Assembly (NCBI GenBank): GCA_043228905.1
Contig: JBHGNT010000009.1
Location: forward strand, 682,001 to 746,000
DNA length: 64,000 nt
Direction: 5' to 3'
From: Azolla caroliniana
Lineage: Eukaryota > Plantae > Polypodiophyta
In this document: positions 52,801-64,000 of the stretch, one piece after another
How positions within the stretch are numbered: position 1 is the first letter of the stretch
How the letters are laid out: every line of letters begins with the position of its first letter
Notes under the pieces: model-generated
Told to the model about the DNA's origin: nothing
Database searches by the model: none
What the model saw: only the letters and a program-made list of their open reading frames with translations
Program-made: the position numbers and the translations under genes

Positions 52801-55800
52801 CCCATTTTGTGCTAATCTTAACTGATGAATCTAACTTAAAGAACAGAATATTCTATTTATTGGTGAAAGTTGTTCTTCTAAGAAGGGATAAATAACGAAT
52901 ATATTCTATGTTCCACTGTATGACCATAATGCGTCACCTAACTGATTCCTGAGTATGCCAATCTCTTCTGTGAGTAGCCACCAACTTGAATAGAACAATG
53001 TAAACCTATTATGCTTGTTCCCATTTCTCCTTACCTTTTATTTTTCTCCACAGCCAATTCACAGCTGGAAAATATCCTGTAATTGCTATGATTATGTGTA
53101 AGGAAGACCCTCCTTTGTTGCAAATTTTTTCATTCATGACAGGATTTATTCCTATGCACTATCTATGTTGTCTCTCATCTATATTACTTGTGCTTGTAAA
53201 AGCTTTCTTGCCTTTTATGCTTCCAAACAGTCCACCATTTCTTTATTGTAAAGAACCCTGCATCATCTTTTCTATTGAAGAAGAGATCGTCACCAAGTAG
53301 ACCATTCGATTTGGCCTTGATGATGAATCGATATCTTTCATGCCCTACATGTTTTCAGAGAATATTTCTCTTTTTCTTTACTTTTTTGTTACAGCTTAGT
53401 TCCAACACTTCAACTTATGTAAAATGGTTTATCCAATAATGGAGGCATTAAGATGGGCAGAATACCCAACTTGACTTCAAACTTAGAAACATTTTCCATA
53501 AAAAGTATTTCTCATACCATCCTGTTTCAAAGAATGTGAATAGAGCATATATAATGATTGAGATATATACCTATAATGCTATTGGAAGTTTTGCTTAAAA
53601 GCAAAAAATACCACTGTCATAGGGTCCAAAAGCTGTCCCATTTCCATTAAAATCAAAGACTCCACCTTAGCAGGCAGATGCTAGCCCATATTGAATATTT
53701 AGCTAGATTTACCTGCTCCCCATCCATATCATTTAGGAAATATTTCTACAAGAAACGTTTCAAAGATGAATGGCTTTGTGGCTACATGTACCAAATTCAT
53801 CCATGAGACCCATACATATTTTCCTATAAATAGAAGTGAAAACAATAGCCATGCAATTCTATAAATTATCATAGGCATTCTTCAGTCCAAAAGAGATTTG
53901 TGTGTTAAGAATAAAGTTCCTATGGAATAATAAACGAGAATTTATCTAAGCCTCTTTAAATGTGCATTTAAATGTTTTCAGTGGCATGTACTCCCTTATC
54001 CATATTTCCATTGTCTAGCTGCCAGTTGTCACAGTTACTTCTTAGAAACTCAGATTTTGATTGATGCTTGTCAGAATGCTCATGTGGTTTTACATTTTAA
54101 TGCTTGGCTAGGGCCTCAAACCAAGGACTATGTACTCCCCCAGTTTCCTGATTGTGCATGTCGTTCATTACGATGATCCTTTGCAGTGCTGCATGCTCCC
54201 TATGGCGTTTTTCCTGAACTTTCCATTACCGATTGCCATGTTCCAAGCTTGGATCGTGAGAAAGAAGAGTAAATATTGTCATATTTATCTTTCCCTCCAA
54301 TTCTGACGTCTTATAGTGATGACGATGAGTCTGGGAGGATAGAGAAGTAGCCCAATTCTCATGGAACCCTCCAGGATGTTCTCCACCCTCTCCAGATCCT
54401 TCTTGATGATGGGATCCTAAATGCTATATGATGGGTAAGATATGTATAAATATATGGCTATGTCCATCCACAATTGAGATGGTGTAGGAATCTAATCTGG
54501 CTTGCAGGGGAGGAGAGAGTAAAATTATATCCTTGTTTATGTTGGTTTTGCTGTTAAATTTTTATGATTTTTTATATATTTCTTATGATAGTTCAGTTGT
54601 TGAACCCTTATGACGAGTTGTATGTTTTCCCTAACTTCCTGGATATTGATGTTTTGTCCAAGGTTCTATTTTCTACAACTACAGAGAACATGGCATAAGT
54701 TTCGTTTGTTCTCCACTCAGGTCTTCAATCTTTAGGAGCCATATGTCAGCAGCTTTCTAGGGTTTTTCTTACTTTGAATGCTTTCCTTTGCTGCTTTGCA
54801 CAATTGTGATCTGTCGTGTACATCATGGAATAAATACCAGACCTTTTAGCAGGAGAAGAGAGGGATGTCTGAAAATAAGGGATGCTGACCTTTTTCTTTT
54901 ATTTTATAGGTTGCTTCTTACTTTGGTTGGCCTGTTTCGACAACACATTGTATCATCGGAGCCTTGGTTGGGTTTGGGCTAATCTATGGTGGAACTGGAG
55001 CCATTTATTGGAGCTCCTTAGCAAGAGTTGTATCCTCATGGATCATATCACCACTTATGGGTGCTATCATGTCATTCACTGTCTACAAGTTCATTAGGAA
55101 GGTAAAATATCATACCCCCTGTTTCCATTCATTTGACTCCCTCTCCCACATGATTTTTTGTTTCTTGTTTTTCTTTTAATCTCCATTTGAGCCATTTTCC
55201 AGATGTTTTTCTTCGTCTTTTCTTAACATTAACTAGATTCATTTATTGCTACAAAATTGTTATCTTGAATAAACATTTAGTTTTGCAGTTCTAAAATTAA
55301 AGTTATAGACTGCCACAAACTTCCATGTCAGAATTTCTCCAAATTTGTTTTTCTATTTTCATCTCCTTGTATCAACTAGAACATCCTATTGGCACAAACT
55401 TCCATTTCAGAAGCCATCAAATGATTGATTTCTTTTAGTCTTCACTATTCTTACATTAACTAGTATCATTTGGTGTCACAAAAATTCAAATAGTGCTTTA
55501 TTGTTTCTCTTTATATTAACCAGAGTCATATATTGGCAAAATGCAGTTTGTCTATAGTGCTCCAAATCCAGGGCAAGCAGCAGTGACTGTAGCTCCTCTA
55601 GCAGTATTTGTGGGAGTCGTGGCATTTTCTTTAACAGCTTTCCCCATGGGTGGAAAACTTATCCTTGTCTTAGGAAGAGCTCTTGCATGTGGGTTATTGG
55701 GAGCATACGTTGTGCATATTGTCATCAAGCAACAATTTGGAAACCTGTTAGGTGATTATTGTGAAATCCCATCCAATGAAAAAGTTGTTGGAGGAGGTGG

Positions 55801-56371
55801 GTTTATGAGCTTTCTCGAAGATGTGGGTGGACCTATTGGATCACAACTAAGAGTCGTATATGGTGTGTTCGGTTATCTACAAGTGTTATCAGCGTGTTTC
55901 ATGTCATTTGCTCATGGTGCCAATGATGTTGCAAATGCAATAGGCCCAATATCAGCGGCATTGTTAACTCTACATGGATCTGGGATGAGTGGAAATAGTG
56001 TCACATTACCTACGGATATACTAGCTTGGGGCGGGTTCGGGATTGTGGCAGGGTTGCTTGTCTGGGGTTATCGAGTGATAAAAACGATTGGAAAAAAGAT
56101 AACCGAGCTCACACCCACACGAGGGTTTGCAGCTGAGTTTGCAGCAGCAACCGTTGTCGTGGTATCATCAAGGCTGGGCCTGCCTATCTCGGCAACTCAC
56201 ACTTTAGTGGGTGCAGTAATGGGGGTTGGTTTCGCACGGGGCTTAAACAGCGTCCGGGCAGAGACTGTCCGCGAAATTGCAGCTTCATGGATAGTCACCA
56301 TTCCTGCAGGAGCTATCCTTTCAGTAGTGTACACTGCCATCATGATGAGATTGCTTTCTGGTGGGATTTAG
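49883..56371 (+). CDS. PHT2;1: Plastid inorganic phosphate transporter (PiT/PHO4 family); 3 exons, ~617 aa
   Basis: Exons 49883-50719, 54910-55101, 55547-56371; both introns GT-AG, phase 0. Signature motifs [55 protein letters not shown]. The S/K/R-rich N-terminus is consistent with a transit peptide. Confidence 0.95.
51300..54400 (-). mobile_element. Decayed retroelement-derived sequence in PHT2;1 intron 1
   Basis: Coding-like composition with broken ORFs inside a 4.2-kb intron. Family not resolved by eye. Confidence 0.3.
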
Positions 56372-59300
56372 ACCTCTTTTTTTTTCTTTTAAAGTCGTTT
56401 TTTCCTTCAAAACTTCATCAGAATCGAAAGCACCATCCCCAAATTTGTGTAATTTCATCGGTATCAAAGCATCATCTCCAAAATTTGTTTTCGACACCAT
56501 GACAAATTTGTTTGTGGTTTGAAATGAAAATATTAAACTATTTTTTTCCAGAGGCCTCAACAGTTCTGAGGTGTATATACAAACAGGCTCTCCAAAGAAC
56601 TTGGTAGCTAGGTGTTGTTTTTGAAGAGCGAGCAATTTCTTTACATGGCCTGCTCAATCTGAAGAATTTGAAGTGCTGGGGATTAAATGAATAAAATTCA
56701 TTCTATTCTGACCTTATAGCCAGAGTATGAGGGACAATGAGTTAATGAATAGATTATCTTGATATCCAATTGAGGTACAATGATTACAGTCCCTCATGAT
56801 TGTTTTGATTTCCATCCAATTCAGCTTCTCTTGCTAAAAGTCCTTTCATAAACTCTGGATTCAACCAAACCTTTGATTTCTAGTTTTTAGTTTTGTCAGG
56901 AAGGACGAAAATGATGCAATGTTAGTAGCCATGTTATGGATTTCTCCAGAATTGTGAACCAATTAACAAGCTTTTAGGAGATAAATAGAATACAATTAGG
57001 GTTTAGGGGTTTGATGTAAATAGATTACACTGAGCTAGTGGATAAACAGAATACAAGTTGGAGGTGGGGTGAATACTGGCAATGATTTACTTAGATAATT
57101 GGTGTGGAATACAAACGTTAAGATAAAGGCATAAGAATTTAGATCACTTGTCAAAAGTAAGACAAACATATTGAGGTATTGGTGCCTCTTGGCTAGTGGT
57201 TTGTATCGGCACTAATTACAGTACAAAAATACACCAAGCGCCCACAAAACCATAATCTTGATGAATTAATAACACTATCTTCTGTAAGCACGTCACTTAT
57301 TGACCATTTTTTTCAACTCTCTATCTTTGTCTTTTAATAACTTCAAATTACTTAACACTACTGCTTATGTTACAGTACTTTTGAGTTGTATGATTCTCTT
57401 GCAGCTTTTTAAGGAATATGTGAGGGAGGTATGGCGAAAAAAACTACGGTTTTTCTTCTTTAGTTTATCTTTCTTTTAGTTGACACTAAAATAGTATCCT
57501 AGTAAAAGGCAATAAATTCGATCATGGTATGTCCATCTTAGTTGCATGTTGACCTATGACCTTAATATAGTATAGGATAGAAAGTAGTCATCCATTAATA
57601 ATAATAGTTGCTCTCATCTAGCCTTAATTAACACAAATGGCACCAAATGTACACGACTAGACTCTACAATACTGCATGCCTATAAGGCTCCATTTCTATA
57701 TTGTTAGGTTGCTGTCACGAAAGGCTTCAATGTAGCTAGCATTGGTTGGATGAAAAATTGATGAATAAAAGTAGGCAATTTTATTTTAATCAGTACTATC
57801 TAAAACCAGGTGCAAAAAACATGATTACCAAGTCAGCCCATGGATGTGGGTACAAGTGGTTTGTTAAATGAGTAGAATTCACAGCAAGTTGTGCATGTAT
57901 GGAAGAATCACTCATTTGAATTCTAAAGGTTGTATTGGGGAGGATCACACATTCTTCCAAAATGTTTCACACAGGAATGAGTAGGAGCTAAAGTTGTTTG
58001 TTGCTAAGGTGCACATCAATGTTGCACCTATTTGTTTTTTACTATCTATTAGTAGCATCTACAAGATTATCTCATTAAGTCAACAGCATCCAGACTGTAC
58101 AGTGGTAACATGGTCAATTTCAAATAGTGTAGTTCCTCGATTCATTAGGGAGCAATGACAATGGTGTAACATGGGAGGGGAAATCTTCCAACCATGCATA
58201 AACAGAGTGCATTCTCATTAGAAAATTTAGACCTATTTTAGTCAAGAATCGTTGATTACTTCAACAATAATTAGTTATATTTTGCATAATTAACAGCAAA
58301 CCCAACTCTGTATTGGCAGGCCACATGACCACAAAACTCCACAAAAACAATCCAGATTTTATAAACAATAATCATAACAAATATAGTAGAAATTCTGCAA
58401 GGAACTCTATAGTTTGTTGAACTAATAATGTCCTTCCAAGGACATTAACGGATCACCTTCCAGGCTTATGTTACTAGACATCATCTTAAGTTTACTGCAT
58501 TCGCCACCATATACTATAACCTTCAGTATCCCTGCTACCAAGTTAAAGAGGATGAAGAAAAATCTCCAATTGATTTTTAGCGTGACAGAATCTTTTGACT
58601 ATAAATGACATTATTGACTCATGAGCCTCAACTCCAGTCTCATAAAGTACTACATATATGCTATAATTGCCACTTGTATACAATACTGAAAATCGGTCAG
58701 AACAATAACTCATCTGACTAGATACTCGACATATAAGCAAACGCTTTATTTTATTTTATATAACTAAATATATAATTCACTTGAAATCACTTGAGTAAAT
58801 ATGAATATTACAAATGTTGTTACACTTTTATTGAAATTCTCAAATCAGGTTAATTGAGACAAACAGAGGTGATACGCTGCTGAAAGCTTCATATAGACAA
58901 CATTATAAGGAACAGGATTCACAAATGAAAATAACAAGAGGAAACTTGTTCCATGTTTGTGGAGATAGCATATTATTATTTCTAAAACAATGAAATAACA
59001 TAGTACGTTCAAGACTGCTCATTCACTGCATGACAAGACAAAACTTAGAAGATGATAACTCAAAGAACAGAAAAATTGGAGAGGAAGTTTGTTCAATGTT
59101 TCTTCGAAACAGCATATCATTTTTCAAACAATGTAGAAAGTTCAGGGCTGTTCATTCACTACATGACAAAACTTAGAACATGAAAACTCAAAGAACAGAG
59201 AAAATTTGGAGCACCAAACAGAGAAAACATATTATGTTGGCAACAGTGCCATACCTGCTACAGAGAAGGAGCATTTACTTTGACATAAAACCATATTATC

Positions 59301-59678
59301 ACCATGCTTCAAATAAACGTTGATGAAATATCTCTACATATTATGACAAAAACAAGCAAAAGTAGAAGTGCATGAAAACCTTCACATAAACATGTATAAT
59401 GCACATCAAAGGGAACCATCAAACAGGCAAAAAAAACTCAAAATTGATGCAATTGCATTATCATCCTTTACAAAGTTCAAGTAAAAACAAAACAGCTCAT
59501 GACATTAGAAAATGGAAAACAAAACACAAAATTTGAGGGTTTTGAATGGCACTTCCATGTAAAATAGTTTGCCTGCAAAATTGAAAGAATAAGCAAATAA
59601 TGTGAATCATCCACATATATTATTCAAATGCTATAAAGAATAACTAATTCATAGTAGTCTTACCATACTGTTTGTTCT

Positions 59679-60918
59679 CTACTTCTCTGAAGAGTTTGGA
59701 CCTCTCTTCTTTCCGAATCCAACAACTGGAAAAAAAGACAAAAACGCTCAAGAAAAAGGCAAATATCTATTAAGCTAGAAACAAAAATTAAGGGGAAAAG
59801 CTTCCATTTTTTCATAACAACTTACATTGTCATACAAAACAAACAATCAGAAAGTTGCATTTAAACAAATACTTTGATTTGAGTTGCCCAATCCATTGCT
59901 TCTTTAGAAACAGCATTCATTTCTTCAACAGACTCTTACCAACATAAGTATTTCTTACCAAAACGAAATCTTTACTTCGTTTTCTTCACTCTATTGCTAC
60001 TTAAAAAAAAAAATCGTCGTATATTCAAAAGATTACAATGGAGAATTTATCTTCCCATTAGAAAAAGAGCTTCTTTAAACCAACAACGTGCTTCTTTTTG
60101 CTGCCTCCAAAGTTTCATTCTATGGTAGATAATAACTACCTATTTAAGGTGTCGTTTTTCCATGACATTCAGAGACACACAAAACTTCCTTAGACGAATC
60201 ACTAATTTTCTTGTTTTCTGTTTTGCTCCATTCTACTCTAGACATTGCTAAGCTTCATTACTTCAACAGATTCTATTGAAATTTTCTTCAGAAGAACCTT
60301 CGTTTATTACCAGATTCTATCTATTCGGGGAATCATTCTAAAATAAAATGAATTTACGCAAAAATTGGAACTATCGATACCGCTTCGTTATTTCACTTAT
60401 ATTTTTCGGTGCCCGTTTCATCTTGAAGATAAACCCTCAATTATCTGATAGTTTATATCTATTGAAGGTTTGATTTGAAAATAGATAAGGAAAATAAAAC
60501 CAGAAAAAAAAAAAAACTATCAATAAATGGTTCTGTTTCATTTAGCTTCATTTTGTGAAGAATCCAATGTTTTTAGCACATAATCTTTCTACGTCTTCGA
60601 CAGGAACTATCCGTTTAAACACGAAGATACGAATGTGCCTTTCCATTTCTTTTATTTTTTATTACCTGCAGTGACGAATCGACGGTTGTATTGGATTCTC
60701 TTGTACGCACGACCTTTAGGCCTCTTCTTCTTCTCTTGCTTCGCGACTTTCGGCGTCTGACCTCTCACTTTCCCGGCACGAGCTAGAGATCCGTGAACCT
60801 TGCCTGCGAGACAGGAAGAGGCAAAACAGAGAGATGAGCGATGGCACTTCTGCAGAAGCTGCAGAAAAGGCGACGAAAGGAACAAAGACAGAAGGCAGAT
60901 TCAGAGAAGTTCACCCAT
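59679..60918 (-). CDS. RPS30: 40S ribosomal protein S30 (eS30); 3 coding exons, 62 aa
   Basis: Exons 60918-60915 (ATGG), 60803-60666, 59725-59679 give [62 protein letters not shown]. Confidence 0.97.
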
Positions 60919-61013
60919 GGTGGTGTCGATCAGACGGTATGGAAGGGTAGGTCGTCGATTCCGAAGAAGGAAGATCAGAGATAAGAAGAAGAAAAGCAAA
61001 GGAGGAGCGGATT

Positions 61014-61021
61014 TAGGGTTT
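61014..61021 (-). promoter_or_regulatory. Telo-box (AAACCCTA) of RPS30
   Basis: AAACCCTA on the gene strand ~100 bp upstream of the ATG, typical of plant ribosomal protein genes. Confidence 0.7.
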
Positions 61022-61087
61022 TGGGGTTGTTTGTTGTTGGATTTTGTTGAGTTTTTACTCTTTTACGTTTTAAGTTTTAACAATGAA

Positions 61088-61348
61088 ATAGTAGTAGTAG
61101 TAGTGGCAAAATAGTAGTAATTTAGTAAAGCAAGTGAGTTATATATAGTAGTATAAGTAGTCGTAATAGTAGTAATTTTGTAAAACAAGTGAGTTATAAT
61201 AGTAGTAATTTAGTAAAGCAAGTGAGTTAGTTATAGTAGTAGTAATTTAGTAACGCAAGTGAGTTATAGTAGTTGTAATAGTAATGTTGTAAAGCAAGTG
61301 AATTAGAGTCGTTGAAGTAGATGTACTTTTGTAAACCAAGTGAGTGAC
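61088..61348. repeat. Minisatellite: 6 copies of ~30-bp TAGTAGTAATTT(A/T)GTAAAGCAAGTGAGTT with (TAG)-rich linkers
   Basis: Seen directly upstream of RPS30. Confidence 0.85.
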
Positions 61349-61479
61349 TAAGTATGTCGACTTTTTAATGTTGAATTTATAACTTATTTAATACGGGTAA
61401 TCTTGAACATGGAGTGTTTAACTAGGAATCGCATGTAATTGATAATGTTGCAACGAAAAAATTAAGTAACTACGTCTTA

Positions 61480-63030
61480 AGGGAGTTAAGGAGGAGAATA
61501 TAAATTGAATTATAGTGTAATTTCATGGATGAAATTTTTATGTGGAACCAAATTAACTGTGTGAATCATATGTTTTCAAGTGATATAGAGGAGAAGATCA
61601 AGGCTATGGCGTGTCATGATTTCTGCATTAAGTTACTACAAGAATTTGAATATGTACCCATGAATGTTCTAGCAATATTATTTTTCTCACTTTCTAGAAT
61701 AATTTTGCGCTCGTATATGTATGCAACGCTTTTGTTGAACTCGTCAAGTTCTACAAGAGTATTATTTGCTTGTAAGTGTTTCTAATCTCGAGGATTGAAC
61801 AATTTCGGTAGAATTATTTCCAAGGACATCATTTCCATACATCATGACTTTGAAATCATAGCCGAGGAGTGTAACAATCCACCAAGAGATTCACCCATTT
61901 GAACATGTCTTGTTGACTAAATATAGGAGACCTTGGAGACTATAAAAATGCGTGTTTGGGGTTCCATGGGTCTAGCTTATTATGAGATGTCTCATATTAA
62001 GAACTTTTCTAGAATATTTACTCCTTTGACATATTGAACAAACAAGAGAAAACCTTTTTAATGGACTCATGAGTAGTAAAGTTTTATTGTTTATGATATT
62101 AAATATTCATGGTTACTTGTGATGGCAATGGGGATTGATGGGGATGTGTTAAAGACTCACGATGAAGTGGTAATTGCATTCGATTCTAGAACTTTAACAA
62201 ATTTTAAACAAAATTACTTTGGTCATGATTTAGAGTTGGGGATTTATCCATGCATCAAATCATTGGAAACACCTCTTTGACGTTACAATTGAATTTCTTA
62301 CCGACCATCATAGTTTGGGGTTCATTCTTACATATGTTGTATCAAATATTAGGCAAAGAAAAGAAGATTGTTAGAATTGTTTAGTAAATATGATTTTGTT
62401 GTCAAATATCTTGAAGGGAATGAAGAATAACGCGGTTGATGCATGAAGTGATTCTATTTCTTAAGCTTGATTTAATTCACCTTACGAGGTTAAGAAAGAA
62501 GTGAACAATGATTCCTTTGAGTAAATTTCATAATAATTACTTGTTTGCTCATATAGGTGAAACTTGAAAGTATTGAAGTTGTTCCTTAAAACTTCCTATT
62601 TATTGACATGCACCAAGGATGAAATTAGAGACAATGTACATAAATGTTTGAAGTGTCAACATGTGAAATTGGAACATTGGATGAGGGTAGTATGATGACT
62701 CGAGTCTAATGACCAATCATCTAGTGCGTATTGGGATCTATGTGCGAGGTTGATGGTGAATCCCAACTAGAGTGGTCATATTGATGAAAGCATGGATATT
62801 GAAATGAAGATAACAATGAAAGAAGTCTAAGCAATGTAAATTTTGTGTTAGTTGTCCATGAAACTTATCTATTGTGATTTATTGCAACCAAGGTCGAGGA
62901 AGGCCAACTAATTAAAGAGGAGAGTGTGTAAGTCAACTTATTTTGCACCAATCTCTAGGTGGAAATTATGCAAGCTAGTTAGGAGGAGGAGAAAGCCATA
63001 TACGTCAAAATGCTAGGGTTTGGGGTCACA
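61480..63030 (+). mobile_element. Decayed Ty3/gypsy element with internal deletions
   Basis: Remnant motifs TDHHSL (~62300), YDFVVKYL.G..N..DA (~62390) and integrase CLKCQHVK (~62645). PPT AAAGAGGAGAG precedes TGTAAG at ~62927. Confidence 0.65.
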
Positions 63031-63036
63031 CCTTGA

Positions 63037-63530
63037 TCTTCTTCTTCTTCTTTAAAAAAAAAAAACACTACTTCCCATTAGTTAGCAAACGAAGTACATC
63101 AAAGTTCAACCATAATCAGCAAAACTCACATTACTCCACACAAAACTAAGCATAATCCCCACCCTAATATTTACAACAAAGGTATCCCACTAACTCTTTT
63201 TACATGGTAACCACATATTTACATCTCTTGTCCACTAATGGAAACCATAGGCGGAAACAACCATCTCAGTGCTTGGTAGTTCCATTTAGGCCCTGACGAT
63301 GATTTTACCATCATAGGAGAATGACCCCATTTCAGCAAAAACTTTGACCGAACCCTTTCTACTTCATCCGAGTTCCCTTCAATCGAGTTGTATCGTCTGC
63401 CTAGCCAAGATACCAGCTCGAACCAAAAGTTTAGCAACACCTCACCACTTGGGAGTTTTCGTTGCTGAAAAACAAACATACATCATCTGGTCCAAATGTG
63501 CCAGACCAAGAAGCACACCTTGATCATTGA
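63037..63530 (-). mobile_element. 5'-truncated L1 LINE 3' remnant
   Basis: FLVWHIWTR*CMFVFQ...WNYQALRWLFPP is similar to the 11238-11495 peptide. The 3' end reads TAATGGGAAGTAGTG(T)n followed by a (GAA)n tail. Confidence 0.7.
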
Positions 63531-64000
63531 GATATTTGGTTGGTCAATCACCACATTCAATATTGACTGAATTACTTTGAAAGATGTTATCGAGTTGGAA
63601 ATGGTCAATGAAGAAGTGGCATGCATCAAACCTTTGTTTAATTGTTGTTGTTTCACCATCAATCACATATGACTGGGACCTAAGAGAACTTGCGTTTGAT
63701 GGTCAAAAGCATGCTACCTTGGATGTGGTGTCATATCAAAGCGCTGAGATAGAGTATTCACTTTTTCTTGTTGTGTCACTGAGTGATACATAATTAAGAC
63801 ATCAAAACATGTTAGGAGTTGCACCCAACAAGCTTGTTGTTAACTGAAAACTCAAAAAGTATGGAAATGTGTGAGGTTCTTATAATCACTATAGACAAAC
63901 TTTTGAAGAAGAAAATGCCTATGAAATTGGAACAATTAGTGCAAACAAAGAGTATGATGTTAGTTTACATATTAATATTAACTTATTTCGAAGAAAATGT

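Noticed and set aside
60800-61114. 104-aa basic plus hydrophobic ORF on the plus strand
   Set aside because: Antisense to RPS30 intron 1, 5'UTR and promoter; non-ATG start; low complexity.
61088-61348. CRISPR-like repeat/spacer pattern
   Set aside because: Linkers are short, variable in length and low-complexity (TAG-rich). No cas genes, and the context is eukaryotic.

Overview
Eukaryotic (land-plant) nuclear DNA, AT-rich and transposon-rich. A seed-free plant is suggested by the ZHOUPI-like bHLH and the TE types, but this is inference only. Four intact spliced genes can be reconstructed: a ZHOUPI-like bHLH with a C-terminal ACT-like domain (-, 5652-3275), UFD1 (+, 37307-47330, with a 6.6-kb TE-filled intron), the plastid phosphate transporter PHT2;1 (+, 49883-56371) and ribosomal protein S30 (-, 60918-59679). 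Between them lie a full-length decayed Ty1/copia element (19280-25741, TSD CTCCC) carrying a ~630-bp foldback element and a nested solo LTR, a nested LTR/copia cluster (~30.1-34.4 kb), L1- and RTE-type LINE remnants, a decayed gypsy element and many local tandem duplications. The most unusual signals are duplicated exon ends with their splice donors inside introns (telomere-repeat-joined in the bHLH gene, diverged in UFD1) and a triplicated TGTCTC-containing module upstream of the bHLH. I found no CRISPR array, rRNA or tRNA gene, and no clearly novel multi-gene system.
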